32,000 nt of DNA from Candidatus Methylomirabilis limnetica (lineage in GTDB: Bacteria; Methylomirabilota; Methylomirabilia; Methylomirabilales; Methylomirabilaceae): contig NZ_NVQC01000009.1 of NCBI RefSeq assembly GCF_003044035.1, positions 60,001 to 92,000 on the forward strand, read 5' to 3'. The position numbers and the translations under genes are program-made. A model generated the notes under the pieces. The model made no database searches, was not told the origin of the DNA, and was given only the letters and a program-made list of their open reading frames with translations. This document shows positions 14,960-23,623 of the stretch, piece after piece (within the stretch, counting starts at the first letter, position 1; each line of letters starts with the position of its first letter).

Positions 14960-17640
14960 ACCCGGCTGTGAACACTATTGCCAACCGATTGAGCCTCCGC
15001 TCGCCGCAGCGGATCTCGCTCGAAATCCTGGCGCGAATCTGCGATATCATCTCCCTGGAAAAGGGCGCGGACGTGGCCCAGGCGATCAAGGCAGTCCGGT
15101 CGGAATTCTCGACGGTCACGGATTTCGAGCGGGACTTCCCGTCCCTCTGCTTTGCCCTGGCGACCGGCGTGGGCAAGACGCGGCTCATGGGCGCGTTCAT
15201 CGCCTATCTCCATAAGGCCGAGGGTATCCGTCACTTCTTCGTCCTCGCCCCGAACCTGACCATCTACAACAAGCTGATCGCGGACTTTACGCCCAACACG
15301 CCGAAGTACGTCTTCCAGGGAATCGCCGAGTTCGCGGTCGAGCCACCGGAGATCATTACCGGCGATAACTACGAGAGCGGGCGCGGCGTGCGGAGTCGAG
15401 ATCTCTTTGGCGACAAGAGCGTTCACGTCAATATCTTCAACATCGGCAAGATCACGAGCATCGAGACGCCCAAGGGCGCGGTCAAGACGAACGTCCCGAA
15501 GTTCCGCCGCCTGCAAGAGTACATCGGCCAGAGCTATTTCGAATGCCTCTCGAAGCTGGACGACCTCGTGCTCCTCATGGACGAGTCGCACCGCTACCGG
15601 GCGTCGGCGGGCATGAAGGCCATCAACGAGCTCAAGCCCATCCTGGGTCTGGAGCTCACCGCCACGCCGCAGATAGAGCGCGGCGGCGGATCGGAGCCGT
15701 TCAAGAACGTGATCTACAGCTACCCCCTGTCGGACGCGATGGAGGACGGCTTCGTCAAGGAACCCGCCGTTGCCACGCGCGAGAACTTCGACATCCGCAA
15801 CTACGACGAGGGCGGGCTAGAACGCCTCAAGCTTGGGGACGGCGTCCGCATCCATGAGAACACCAAGCTCGAGCTGGAGGTCTACGCCCGCGAAAACGGC
15901 GTGCCCATTGTAAAGCCCTTCATGCTCGTGATCGCCAAGGACACGGACCACGCCAACGCCCTGGTGAAGCTGATGGAGGACGACACCTTCTTCGAGGGCC
16001 GCTACAAGGGCAAGGTCATTACGGTACATTCCGCCCTCAGAGGAGAAGAGCGCGACGACACGGTCGAGCAACTGATCCACGTGGAGAAGCCCGACAACCC
16101 CACGGAGATCGTGGTCCACGTGAACATGCTCAAGGAAGGCTGGGACGTTACGAACCTTTACACGATCGTCCCGCTACGGGCGGCGAACTCGAGGACGCTC
16201 GTGGAGCAGTCCATCGGCCGGGGCTTGCGCCTGCCCTACGGAAAGCGCACCGGCATCGGCGCGGTGGACCGCCTGACCATCGTGTCGCACGACAAGTTCC
16301 AGGAGATCGTGGACTACGCCAACAGCCCCGAGTCCATCATCCGGGGCGGTCTGAGGGTCGTCTACGTCAGCGACGAACGATCCAAGATCGTGGTGGCAGA
16401 GCCGGAGATCGTCAGGCGGATCGCCGAACTCGTGTCTCCTTTCGGCAAGGCAGGCGAGCAGCAGAAGCTCCTATTCGAGTCGCCTAAGGAGCAGGAGGCG
16501 GCGAGGGCCACGCTGGAGGTCATCCGGGAGTTCGAGCGCCTGCCGCGCTCGGCCGACCTCACCAAGCCCGAAATCCATGAGCAGATTGTCGAGAAGGTCA
16601 AGACGCTCATCACGCCAGCCCAGCGGGAGATCGAGGGCGTGGCGGAGAAGGTGGACGTCGATCGAGTTGTCGCGGTCATGACGACGCAATACGTCGAACT
16701 GTCCATCGATATCCCCAGGATCACGATCCAGCCAGTGGGCGATGTGACACGGGGCTATCGCGAGTTCACGCTGGACCTTTCGCGGGTGAACTACCAGCCC
16801 GTGGAGAACGAGATCCTGATCCAGGAGTTGCACCGTCGCGAACAGCACCGCCTGATGAGCGGGACCGGTATCGTCCCCGAGGAGAAGCCGGAGGACTATT
16901 TGGTGCGCGGGCTCATCGACTTCAACGACATCTCCTACGACGACCAGGCCGAGCTACTCTACAAGCTGGTCGGGCAGGTCGTGGCCCACTTGCGCTCCTA
17001 TCTGAAGGACGAAAACGAGGTCCTCAACGTGCTCCAGTACCACCAGCAGGGGCTGGTGAACCTGATCCACGCGCAGATGCAGGAGCACTACGAGGAGAAG
17101 GCTACGGCCTACGAGGCGCACGTGAGCAGGGGATTCACGACGCTCCGGCCGAACAACTACTCGGCTCCGGACAACGAGGCTGCGCGCGACTTCCGCGCAC
17201 CCGTCATCGAGAAGCAGGACATCCGTAAGATGCTCTTCAGCGGCTTCAAGAGATGCCTCTATCGCGTCCAGAAGTTCGATTCGGATTCGGAGCGTCGGTT
17301 CGCGGTTGTGCTGGAGAACGACTCCGATGTGCTCAAGTGGTTCAAGCCCGCCAAGGGAGACATTCCGATCTACCATTCCGGCGACACGCCCTATGAGCCC
17401 GATTTCGCAGTCGAGACCAAGACGGCGAAATTCGTCTGTGAAACCAAGCGCGCGGACGAGATGGAGGACCGCGAGGTCCTGGCCAAGGCGAAGGCGGCCG
17501 CGGAATGGTGCGGACACGCCACGACGCATGAGGGCAAGAACGGCGGCAAGCCGTGGACCTACCTGCTGATCCCGCACGACGTGATCACGGACAACAAGAC
17601 GCTCAAGGGGTTGGCCGCGTCCTACACCTATCGTGGGTAG
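14956..17640 (+). CDS. res: Type III restriction endonuclease subunit (Res), SF2 helicase + C-terminal PD-ExK nuclease
   Basis: 894 aa. Motif I ATGVGKT, motif II LMDESHR and later helicase motifs (LKEGWDV, QSIGRGLR). The C-terminal YEPDFAVE...CETK is a nuclease-like motif. ATGA overlap with the upstream ORF. Confidence 0.9.
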   Translation: MNPAVNTIANRLSLRSPQRISLEILARICDIISLEKGADVAQAIKAVRSEFSTVTDFERDFPSLCFALATGVGKTRLMGAFIAYLHKAEGIRHFFVLAPNLTIYNKLIADFTPNTPKYVFQGIAEFAVEPPEIITGDNYESGRGVRSRDLFGDKSVHVNIFNIGKITSIETPKGAVKTNVPKFRRLQEYIGQSYFECLSKLDDLVLLMDESHRYRASAGMKAINELKPILGLELTATPQIERGGGSEPFKNVIYSYPLSDAMEDGFVKEPAVATRENFDIRNYDEGGLERLKLGDGVRIHENTKLELEVYARENGVPIVKPFMLVIAKDTDHANALVKLMEDDTFFEGRYKGKVITVHSALRGEERDDTVEQLIHVEKPDNPTEIVVHVNMLKEGWDVTNLYTIVPLRAANSRTLVEQSIGRGLRLPYGKRTGIGAVDRLTIVSHDKFQEIVDYANSPESIIRGGLRVVYVSDERSKIVVAEPEIVRRIAELVSPFGKAGEQQKLLFESPKEQEAARATLEVIREFERLPRSADLTKPEIHEQIVEKVKTLITPAQREIEGVAEKVDVDRVVAVMTTQYVELSIDIPRITIQPVGDVTRGYREFTLDLSRVNYQPVENEILIQELHRREQHRLMSGTGIVPEEKPEDYLVRGLIDFNDISYDDQAELLYKLVGQVVAHLRSYLKDENEVLNVLQYHQQGLVNLIHAQMQEHYEEKATAYEAHVSRGFTTLRPNNYSAPDNEAARDFRAPVIEKQDIRKMLFSGFKRCLYRVQKFDSDSERRFAVVLENDSDVLKWFKPAKGDIPIYHSGDTPYEPDFAVETKTAKFVCETKRADEMEDREVLAKAKAAAEWCGHATTHEGKNGGKPWTYLLIPHDVITDNKTLKGLAASYTYRG

Positions 17641-17773
17641 GTGCGGACGGGCGAATGAAGGGGAAATCAGCAACGATCGAGGAGCGAGCGGACCGACTTT
17701 ACCCGTATCCGTTGCCTTACCATCGTCGGGGACTTGATGGGTGGTGTGACGAACAGAGGCGTGCTACGCGGTG

Positions 17774-18355
17774 TTAACGCTGGCGTCCGGCCGATTGTCG
17801 GCGATCTGGGAGCGGTGAGAGATCAAGTCGTTGCTTGGCCCAGAGAATGCCGATGATGCTCTTGGCATCTACAAACTTATTTGACAGGACCCAGCGGTAG
17901 GCCTGTTCGAACGGGATCGCACGGGCCTGTAGGAACTCGGTAGGATCGTGGCGGCGGTCCCGGCCGGCTATGAGTCCTTGAGCCAGAAAAAGCTGGATGG
18001 AGCCGGTGGAGAAGCCAACTGCGGAATAGAAGGCGCACAGCTTGAGCAGTCGGCGCGGGCGAAGTCCGATCTCCTCTTCGCACTCCCGCCGGGCGGTTTC
18101 GACCGGGCGTTCGCCGTGATCGATGATGCCGGCCGGGATCTCGTAGATGGCCCGCTGGATGGCCGGCCGATACTGTCGAACCAGGTGGATTCGGCCGTCG
18201 TCATCGATCGGCACGATCGCGACTGCGTGCGGAGGGCGAACGATGTCCCGGATCGCCTGTCGCCCATCCGGCAGGACGACCGTCTGTTGCTCGGTTGAAA
18301 GGTACGCCCCCGCGTAGACTACCTGCGTGCCGAGGACTCGTTCGATGAGTTTCAT
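17774..18355 (-). CDS. NUDIX hydrolase (ADP-ribose pyrophosphatase-like)
   Basis: Nudix box GIIDHGERPVETARRECEEEIGL. I prefer the ATG at 18355, preceded by GGAGGAGG, over the track start at 18418. Confidence 0.88.
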   Translation of the reverse strand: MKLIERVLGTQVVYAGAYLSTEQQTVVLPDGRQAIRDIVRPPHAVAIVPIDDDGRIHLVRQYRPAIQRAIYEIPAGIIDHGERPVETARRECEEEIGLRPRRLLKLCAFYSAVGFSTGSIQLFLAQGLIAGRDRRHDPTEFLQARAIPFEQAYRWVLSNKFVDAKSIIGILWAKQRLDLSPLPDRRQSAGRQR

Positions 18356-18446
18356 GCCTCCTCCAGCGTCTATTGAACCTGTCGAGGAGAGGATAGAGGC
18401 GCTGCAGGCTGCTGTCAACGTCGACTTTTACGAGGGGAGGGAGAGG

Positions 18447-19748
18447 ATGGAGAAGAGAGAGATGAGCCAGCTTCGGATGCTTGTGAAGGCAGGCATGATC
18501 CTCAGCGCGAAGCTCTCCCTTGAAGATGTCTTGCAGCGTATTGCCAACATGGCCTGCAAGCTGACGAACGCTCGCTACGCGGCCCTCGGCGTCTTGGATG
18601 GTAAGGGCGGTCTCAGTCGCTTCATCACGGCCGGCGCCGACGAGACCACCAGGCAGGCCATAGGTGCGCCACCGGTGGGGAAGGGGATCCTGGCGGTGCT
18701 TATTCGGGAGGTGAAGCCCCTACGCCTGAAGAACCTGACAGGGGACCCTCGTGCGCACGGGTTCCCACCTCATCATCCTCCGATGAACTCCTTCCTGGGC
18801 GTGCCCGTCGTCTCAAAGGGGAAAGTCTTTGGGAACCTTTACGTCACGGAGAAGCTGGGCGCCGACGAATTCAGCGAAGAGGATGAGGCTTTGGCTATGA
18901 CGTTGGCCGCTCAGGCGGCCATTGCCCTCGAGAACGCCAATCTATACGAGGAGCTACGGCGCTCGTACGATGAACTGAAACAGTCGCAGCAGTTGCTGGT
19001 GCGGCAGGAGAAGCTCGCCTCGCTTGGTCGATTGGCTGCCGGACTGGCCCATGAACTGAACAACCCCCTCTCCTCGGTAGCCGGCTTTGCCGAGGCCCTC
19101 CAGCGGCGTGTCGAGACGGGGGAGATCAGTGACCCATCCGCTCTTGCAGAGGTGGGGCAGTATGTCACTATGATCCAAAACGAAGTGGCCCGCGCAGCGG
19201 CGATTGTCCGCCGCCTACTCGATTTCGCGCGGCAGCGCGAGCCCGCCTTCAACGTGGTGGATGTCTATGACGTGGTGTTGAACGCGGTATCGTTTGTGGA
19301 GCGGCAAGCCAGCCTCGAAAATCAGCAGGTTGTCGTAGTCCCATTCCCAGATGGGAGCGTGGTCCAGGCCGATGCTCAGATGCTTCAGCAGGTCTTGCTC
19401 AACCTTCTGACAAATGCGCTTGATGCCATCGAGAGTGGTGGAGAGATTCGTATCTATGCCCATCACCGTCGAGAGGTCATCGAGCCGGCTTTCAAACAAG
19501 AATGGCTCGATGTGTTCGTGTCCGATACGGGTAGCGGGATCTCGCCGGAGAACCTTCCGAGGGTCTTCGATCCGTTCTTTACCACCAAGGAGGTGGGCAA
19601 GGGGACAGGCCTTGGCCTTGCCATTAGCCAGAGCCTCGTCGAGCAGCACAAAGGGAGCATTGAGGTGCGAAGCGAGGGGATCGGAAAGGGGACGGTTGTC
19701 ATCGTCAGTCTGCCGCTGGCTGAGCGTAGCGGGAGGCTTGAAGGGTAA
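18447..19748 (+). CDS. GAF-domain sensor histidine kinase
   Basis: The ATG at 18447 follows GGGAGGGAGAGG. A cytoplasmic GAF-like N-terminal domain is present, with H-box AGLAHELNNPLS, DTGSGI and GTGLGLA. No TM segment is present. Confidence 0.9.
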   Translation: MEKREMSQLRMLVKAGMILSAKLSLEDVLQRIANMACKLTNARYAALGVLDGKGGLSRFITAGADETTRQAIGAPPVGKGILAVLIREVKPLRLKNLTGDPRAHGFPPHHPPMNSFLGVPVVSKGKVFGNLYVTEKLGADEFSEEDEALAMTLAAQAAIALENANLYEELRRSYDELKQSQQLLVRQEKLASLGRLAAGLAHELNNPLSSVAGFAEALQRRVETGEISDPSALAEVGQYVTMIQNEVARAAAIVRRLLDFARQREPAFNVVDVYDVVLNAVSFVERQASLENQQVVVVPFPDGSVVQADAQMLQQVLLNLLTNALDAIESGGEIRIYAHHRREVIEPAFKQEWLDVFVSDTGSGISPENLPRVFDPFFTTKEVGKGTGLGLAISQSLVEQHKGSIEVRSEGIGKGTVVIVSLPLAERSGRLEG

Positions 19749-19769
19749 CCCGGCCTTGAAGGATGAGGG

Positions 19770-21227
19770 GTGAACATGCTTCACATGAGTGAACGAAGCG
19801 GCGCGACCCGCGCGCTTGTCGTCGATGACGAGCGACCCATCCGGTTGCTCATGGAAAAGGAGTTGCCACGGGCGGGGTACGTGGTCACCTGTGTTGGAAG
19901 CGGCGAGGAAGCCCTGGAGCAGTTGCGAACGCGTGAGTTTGACGTCGTCCTCCTCGACCTCAAGATGCCCGGGATCGGTGGGATGGAGGCACTCCGCCGG
20001 ATTCGGGAATCCGGGACCTCGGCGGAGGTCGTCATCTTGACCGGTCACCCCGATGTGGACAGCGCCATCAAAGCGATGAAGCTGGGCGCCTACGACTACC
20101 TCACGAAGCCCTTCAAGCTCTCCGAATTGGAGGAGGTGCTGCGGCGGGCCGCGGAGAGGAAGCGCCTGCGGGAGGAGAACACGGCCCTGCGGCGCATGGT
20201 CGCCCAGCGCGAGTCGGCTCCCATCATGATCGGACAGAGCCCGGCCATGGCCGCTCTCCTCGCAACCGTGCAGCGCATCGCGCCGAGCGAGGCAAGCGTC
20301 CTCATCCAGGGGGAGAGCGGAACCGGCAAGAGCCTGGTTGCCAAGGCCATCCATATGGCTAGCCCTCGAGCGGGTGGCCCCTTCCTGGTCATCAACTGCA
20401 GTGGCTTTCAGGATCCGCTCCTGGAAAGCGAGCTCTTCGGGCATGAGAAAGGGGCGTTTACCGGCGCCACCAGCGTCAAGCAGGGTCTCTTCGAAGTGGC
20501 CGGAAGCGGTACCCTCCTGTTGGATGAGGTGGGGGAGATGAGCCCAGCCATGCAGGCCAAACTCCTTCAAGTGCTCGACACCAAGGAGCTGCGGCGGGTC
20601 GGGGGCATCCGTGTGCATCGAGTGGATGTGCGTATCATCGCCGCGACGAACAAAGACCTGGCCCAGGAGGTGAGGACAGGTCGGTTCCGTGAGGATCTCT
20701 ATTATCGGCTGAACGTAGTCAGTTTGACGCTGCCGTCCTTGCGTGAGCGGAAGGATGACATCCCGCTTCTCATTGAGCACTTCTTGCGGCAATTCCGGGT
20801 GACCGGTCATAAGGCCAAGACCGTCTCCCCGGAGGCCATGCCGTCGCTCGTGGGCTACCCGTGGCCGGGCAATGTACGAGAGCTTGCCAACACGATCGAG
20901 CGCATGCTGATCCTCTCCTCCGGCGACGTCATTAGTCTCGAAGACCTGCCACCCAACATCCAGTTTCCGATCGGCGTGTCGGGTGGGCCCGCCTCGCTGG
21001 CGGAAATGGAGCGGCTGCACCTCATCCGGGTGCTCGATCACACGGGGGGCAAAAAGATGCAGGCGGCGCGCCTACTTGGAATCGACCTCAAAACCTTGAA
21101 CAGTAAAATCAAGCGCTATAACATCCCCCCTGTGAAGTTTCCAGCGCAGCCCTACTCGAATTATGCTGACCAGCATGTATCGCCACGACAAAGCCCGGAG
21201 AACGTTGACAAGTTCCGGAAAACCTAA
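19770..21227 (+). CDS. Sigma-54-dependent response regulator (NtrC family)
   Basis: Receiver domain (VVDDE, VLLDLKMPG), Walker A GESGTGKS, GAFTGA and a Fis-type HTH (MQAARLLGIDLKTLNSKIKRY). The start is uncertain among GTG 19770, ATG 19776 and ATG 19785. Confidence 0.95.
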   Translation: MNMLHMSERSGATRALVVDDERPIRLLMEKELPRAGYVVTCVGSGEEALEQLRTREFDVVLLDLKMPGIGGMEALRRIRESGTSAEVVILTGHPDVDSAIKAMKLGAYDYLTKPFKLSELEEVLRRAAERKRLREENTALRRMVAQRESAPIMIGQSPAMAALLATVQRIAPSEASVLIQGESGTGKSLVAKAIHMASPRAGGPFLVINCSGFQDPLLESELFGHEKGAFTGATSVKQGLFEVAGSGTLLLDEVGEMSPAMQAKLLQVLDTKELRRVGGIRVHRVDVRIIAATNKDLAQEVRTGRFREDLYYRLNVVSLTLPSLRERKDDIPLLIEHFLRQFRVTGHKAKTVSPEAMPSLVGYPWPGNVRELANTIERMLILSSGDVISLEDLPPNIQFPIGVSGGPASLAEMERLHLIRVLDHTGGKKMQAARLLGIDLKTLNSKIKRYNIPPVKFPAQPYSNYADQHVSPRQSPENVDKFRKT

Positions 21228-21455
21228 GAGAGTCGCCGCAGTCGTGGAGTAGGAAATAGGGACAGACACTATTTGTTTGGCGCGAAGAATTGAGGGTTGG
21301 CCTGCGCTGGAACCGACCGCGTAGAGCGGGCGTTGGTGGAGGCGAGCCAGAAGCTGGTGGAGATTTTCGAGAAGAAGATTCAGTCGAAGCTGGCGGAGAT
21401 TTGGGGAGAGGAGATCGACGCAGGCACACAAGAGGCTTGAATGATGTATCCATTT

Positions 21456-21473
21456 TGGGTACACTCGTACCCA
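21456..21473. promoter_or_regulatory. Palindrome TGGGTAC-N4-GTACCCA abutting the start codon of the wHTH-NTase gene
   Basis: 7-bp perfect arms at 21456-21462 and 21467-21473, ending 2 nt before the ATG at 21476. A plausible autoregulatory operator for the HTH protein. No SD is visible. Confidence 0.35.
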
Positions 21474-21475
21474 TA

Positions 21476-22099
21476 ATGAGTACGGTCAGTCCAGTCCATA
21501 CGATCGGTACGGCGTTGTTCGGCAAGACGCAACGGGCGCTGCTGGGGCTCTTCTTCGTACGACCGGAGCAGTCGTTTTATCTCCGGCAGATTGTACGCAC
21601 GGCCGGGATCGGCCAGGGCGCAGCGCAGCGCGAGCTGGCACGCTGGGTCGAAGCTGGGCTACTTGTGCGGACGCGACGCGGGAACCAGGTGCATTACCGA
21701 GCCAATACGACGTCACCGGTCTTTGCCGAGTTGAAGGGTCTGGCGATCAAGACAGCAGGGATGGCGGAAGTCTTGCGAGAGGCGTTGACCGGACTGGTCG
21801 ACAGGATCACGGTGGCGTTTGTCCACGGATCGGTGGTGCGCGGCACAGAGAAGGCCGGAAGCGACGTGGATGTGGTGGTGGTGGTGGGTGCCGTAACTTT
21901 CAGTGAGGTCGCCATCGCCCTGCATAGCGCACAGGAACAGCTCGGACGCGAGGTGAACCCGACAGTGTATACGGTGCGGGAGTTCCATAAGAAGTTGGAC
22001 GCCGGCCATCATTTCCTGACGGCGACGGTGTCGGCGCCGAAGCTGTTTCTGATCGGAGGCGAGCGTGAGCTTGACCGATCACACCTGCTGCCGAAATAA
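21476..22099 (+). CDS. Winged-helix + minimal nucleotidyltransferase (MNT-like) fusion protein
   Basis: 207 aa. The N-terminus FGKTQRALLGLFF...YLRQIVRTAGIGQGAAQRELARWVEAGLL is a wHTH. The C-terminus HGSVVRGTEKAGSDVDVVVV carries the GS-x9-DxD NTase motif. The track ORF start at 21290 looks like a spurious extension. Confidence 0.75.
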   Translation: MSTVSPVHTIGTALFGKTQRALLGLFFVRPEQSFYLRQIVRTAGIGQGAAQRELARWVEAGLLVRTRRGNQVHYRANTTSPVFAELKGLAIKTAGMAEVLREALTGLVDRITVAFVHGSVVRGTEKAGSDVDVVVVVGAVTFSEVAIALHSAQEQLGREVNPTVYTVREFHKKLDAGHHFLTATVSAPKLFLIGGERELDRSHLLPK

Positions 22100-22250
22100 T
22101 TCATACCCGCTATGAAAACCATTGAGGGCCTGTCTGAGCACAGCCTAACAACGCGCCGTACTGGCTAGGGATTCCACGAGACAAGCCCCTACCCGCTACA
22201 GTATGCGCATAATCCAGTGGGCTGGTACTCCTTTGACCAGAGGTGAACGG

Positions 22251-23159
22251 ATGAAGGTGGCGGTGGTGGGGGTGGGGGCAGTAGGGGGTTACTTTGGCGG
22301 CCTGCTGGCCAAGGGTGGCGTCGATGTCACGTTCATCGCCCGCGGCGAGCGCCTGGAGGCGCTCAGGGCGAGGGGCCTTACGGTCAAGAGCGGGAAGGGG
22401 GATTTCTCCATCCGCATCGACGCTACTGACGATCCAGCGGAGGTTGGTCCCGTCAACCTGGTCCTCTTTTGCGTGAAATCGTACGATACTGAGTCGGCTA
22501 TTCGCCAGGCACTCCCAATGGTCGGGCAGGAAACCCTCGTCCTGTCGCTTCAGAACGGTATCGACAACGAGGAAAAGATCTCATCCTTCATTGGAACAGG
22601 GAAGGTCTTAGCGGGGGTAGCCTACATCGGGGCGAGCGTGCTGGAGCCTGGAGTGATCCTCCACCAGGAGGGCGGGAAGATCGTGTTCGGAGAGATCGAC
22701 GGCGGCGTCAGCGAACGGGTTGTCAGTCTCAAAGCGTTCTTCGACCGATGCGGCCTACCCGCTGAAGGCTCCCCTGACATGAAAAAGATCCTGTGGACGA
22801 AGCTCGCATGGAACGCCCCCTTCAACGCCATCAATACCCTGGTCGGCGGCCCGGTCAAGGCGATCATCGAGAACTCACACACCCTCGAGCTGGCGAGGCA
22901 GGTGACGGAAGAGGTCGTCACCGTGGCGAACGCCTCAGGGGTCCGCCTTGCCTTTGCGGAGGTATGGGAGCGGAATCTCCAGTTCTCCCAAGGCTACAAC
23001 GTCAAGACCTCGATGCTGCAAGACCTGGAGGCGAGCAAGCCTTTGGAGTGCGAAGCCCTCAATGGCGTGATTATCAAAAAGGCGGCCGAACTGGGTCTGC
23101 CCACGCCCTACAACTTCGCCCTCTATGCCCTCCTGTCAGGGCTTCAGATTGTAAGCTGA
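22251..23159 (+). CDS. panE: 2-dehydropantoate 2-reductase (ketopantoate reductase family)
   Basis: 302 aa from the ATG at 22251. N-terminal Rossmann motif VVGVGAVGGYFGG and overall ApbA/PanE-like architecture. Confidence 0.85.
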   Translation: MKVAVVGVGAVGGYFGGLLAKGGVDVTFIARGERLEALRARGLTVKSGKGDFSIRIDATDDPAEVGPVNLVLFCVKSYDTESAIRQALPMVGQETLVLSLQNGIDNEEKISSFIGTGKVLAGVAYIGASVLEPGVILHQEGGKIVFGEIDGGVSERVVSLKAFFDRCGLPAEGSPDMKKILWTKLAWNAPFNAINTLVGGPVKAIIENSHTLELARQVTEEVVTVANASGVRLAFAEVWERNLQFSQGYNVKTSMLQDLEASKPLECEALNGVIIKKAAELGLPTPYNFALYALLSGLQIVS

Positions 23160-23321
23160 GCAGTCCACCATGGCAGCAGCCGCACTGACGCCAAAACTTT
23201 TGCCCTTCGTGATGTGTCAAAAGTAGAATCGCTGTATCATCCTTCATCGGTGTAGTCGCACCAGTGGCCCTCTGTGTCCTCCGAGAGGCCGCCAACTGTT
23301 ATTACTCGGAGCATAAAATAG

Positions 23322-23407
23322 CTTACCCCCCTTTCGCAAAGGGTGGTAAGGGGGGATTTGAACCATCAGCAAATCCCCCTCAATCCCCCTTTTTTAAAGG
23401 GGGAAGT
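23322..23407. repeat. Palindromic repeat cluster related to 1481-1518
   Basis: A 13-bp stem hairpin with one mismatch at 23322-23350. An 8-bp hairpin CCCCCTTT/AAAGGGGG at 23385-23403. The stretch 23370-23407 matches 1481-1518 at 32/38 positions by hand alignment. Confidence 0.6.
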
Positions 23408-23518
23408 TGCTTGAGATGTTGTGCAAGAATGCAATCTAGTTAGTGCTTCCCGTAATACCTTGAACAGGAGAGCCAAGATCAAATTGTGGGGCACCCTATA
23501 CTCTACTGTCCTGATTTG

Positions 23519-23567
23519 TGCTAATATCGCTTGTCGCAAATTACCTGGCTTGCGAGACGCAAGCCAG
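23519..23567 (+). promoter_or_regulatory. Candidate extended -10 promoter and leader hairpin of gltA
   Basis: TGCTAATAT at 23519-23527 fits the TGn + TAATAT pattern. A perfect 10-bp stem CTGGCTTGCG-AGA-CGCAAGCCAG lies at 23545-23567, about 55 nt before the gltA ATG. Confidence 0.3.
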
Positions 23568-23623
23568 ACTTTACAGCCAAAAAGAGGGCATGAGAGGGGT
23601 CGCTCGGCGCGAGGAGGAGCTTC

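Noticed and set aside
19215-21041. 608-aa ORF on the minus strand.
   Set aside because: It is entirely antisense to the well-supported GAF kinase 3' end and the NtrC-type regulator. The composition is Arg/Gly/Leu/His-rich, typical of GC-rich antisense frames, and no motifs were recognised.
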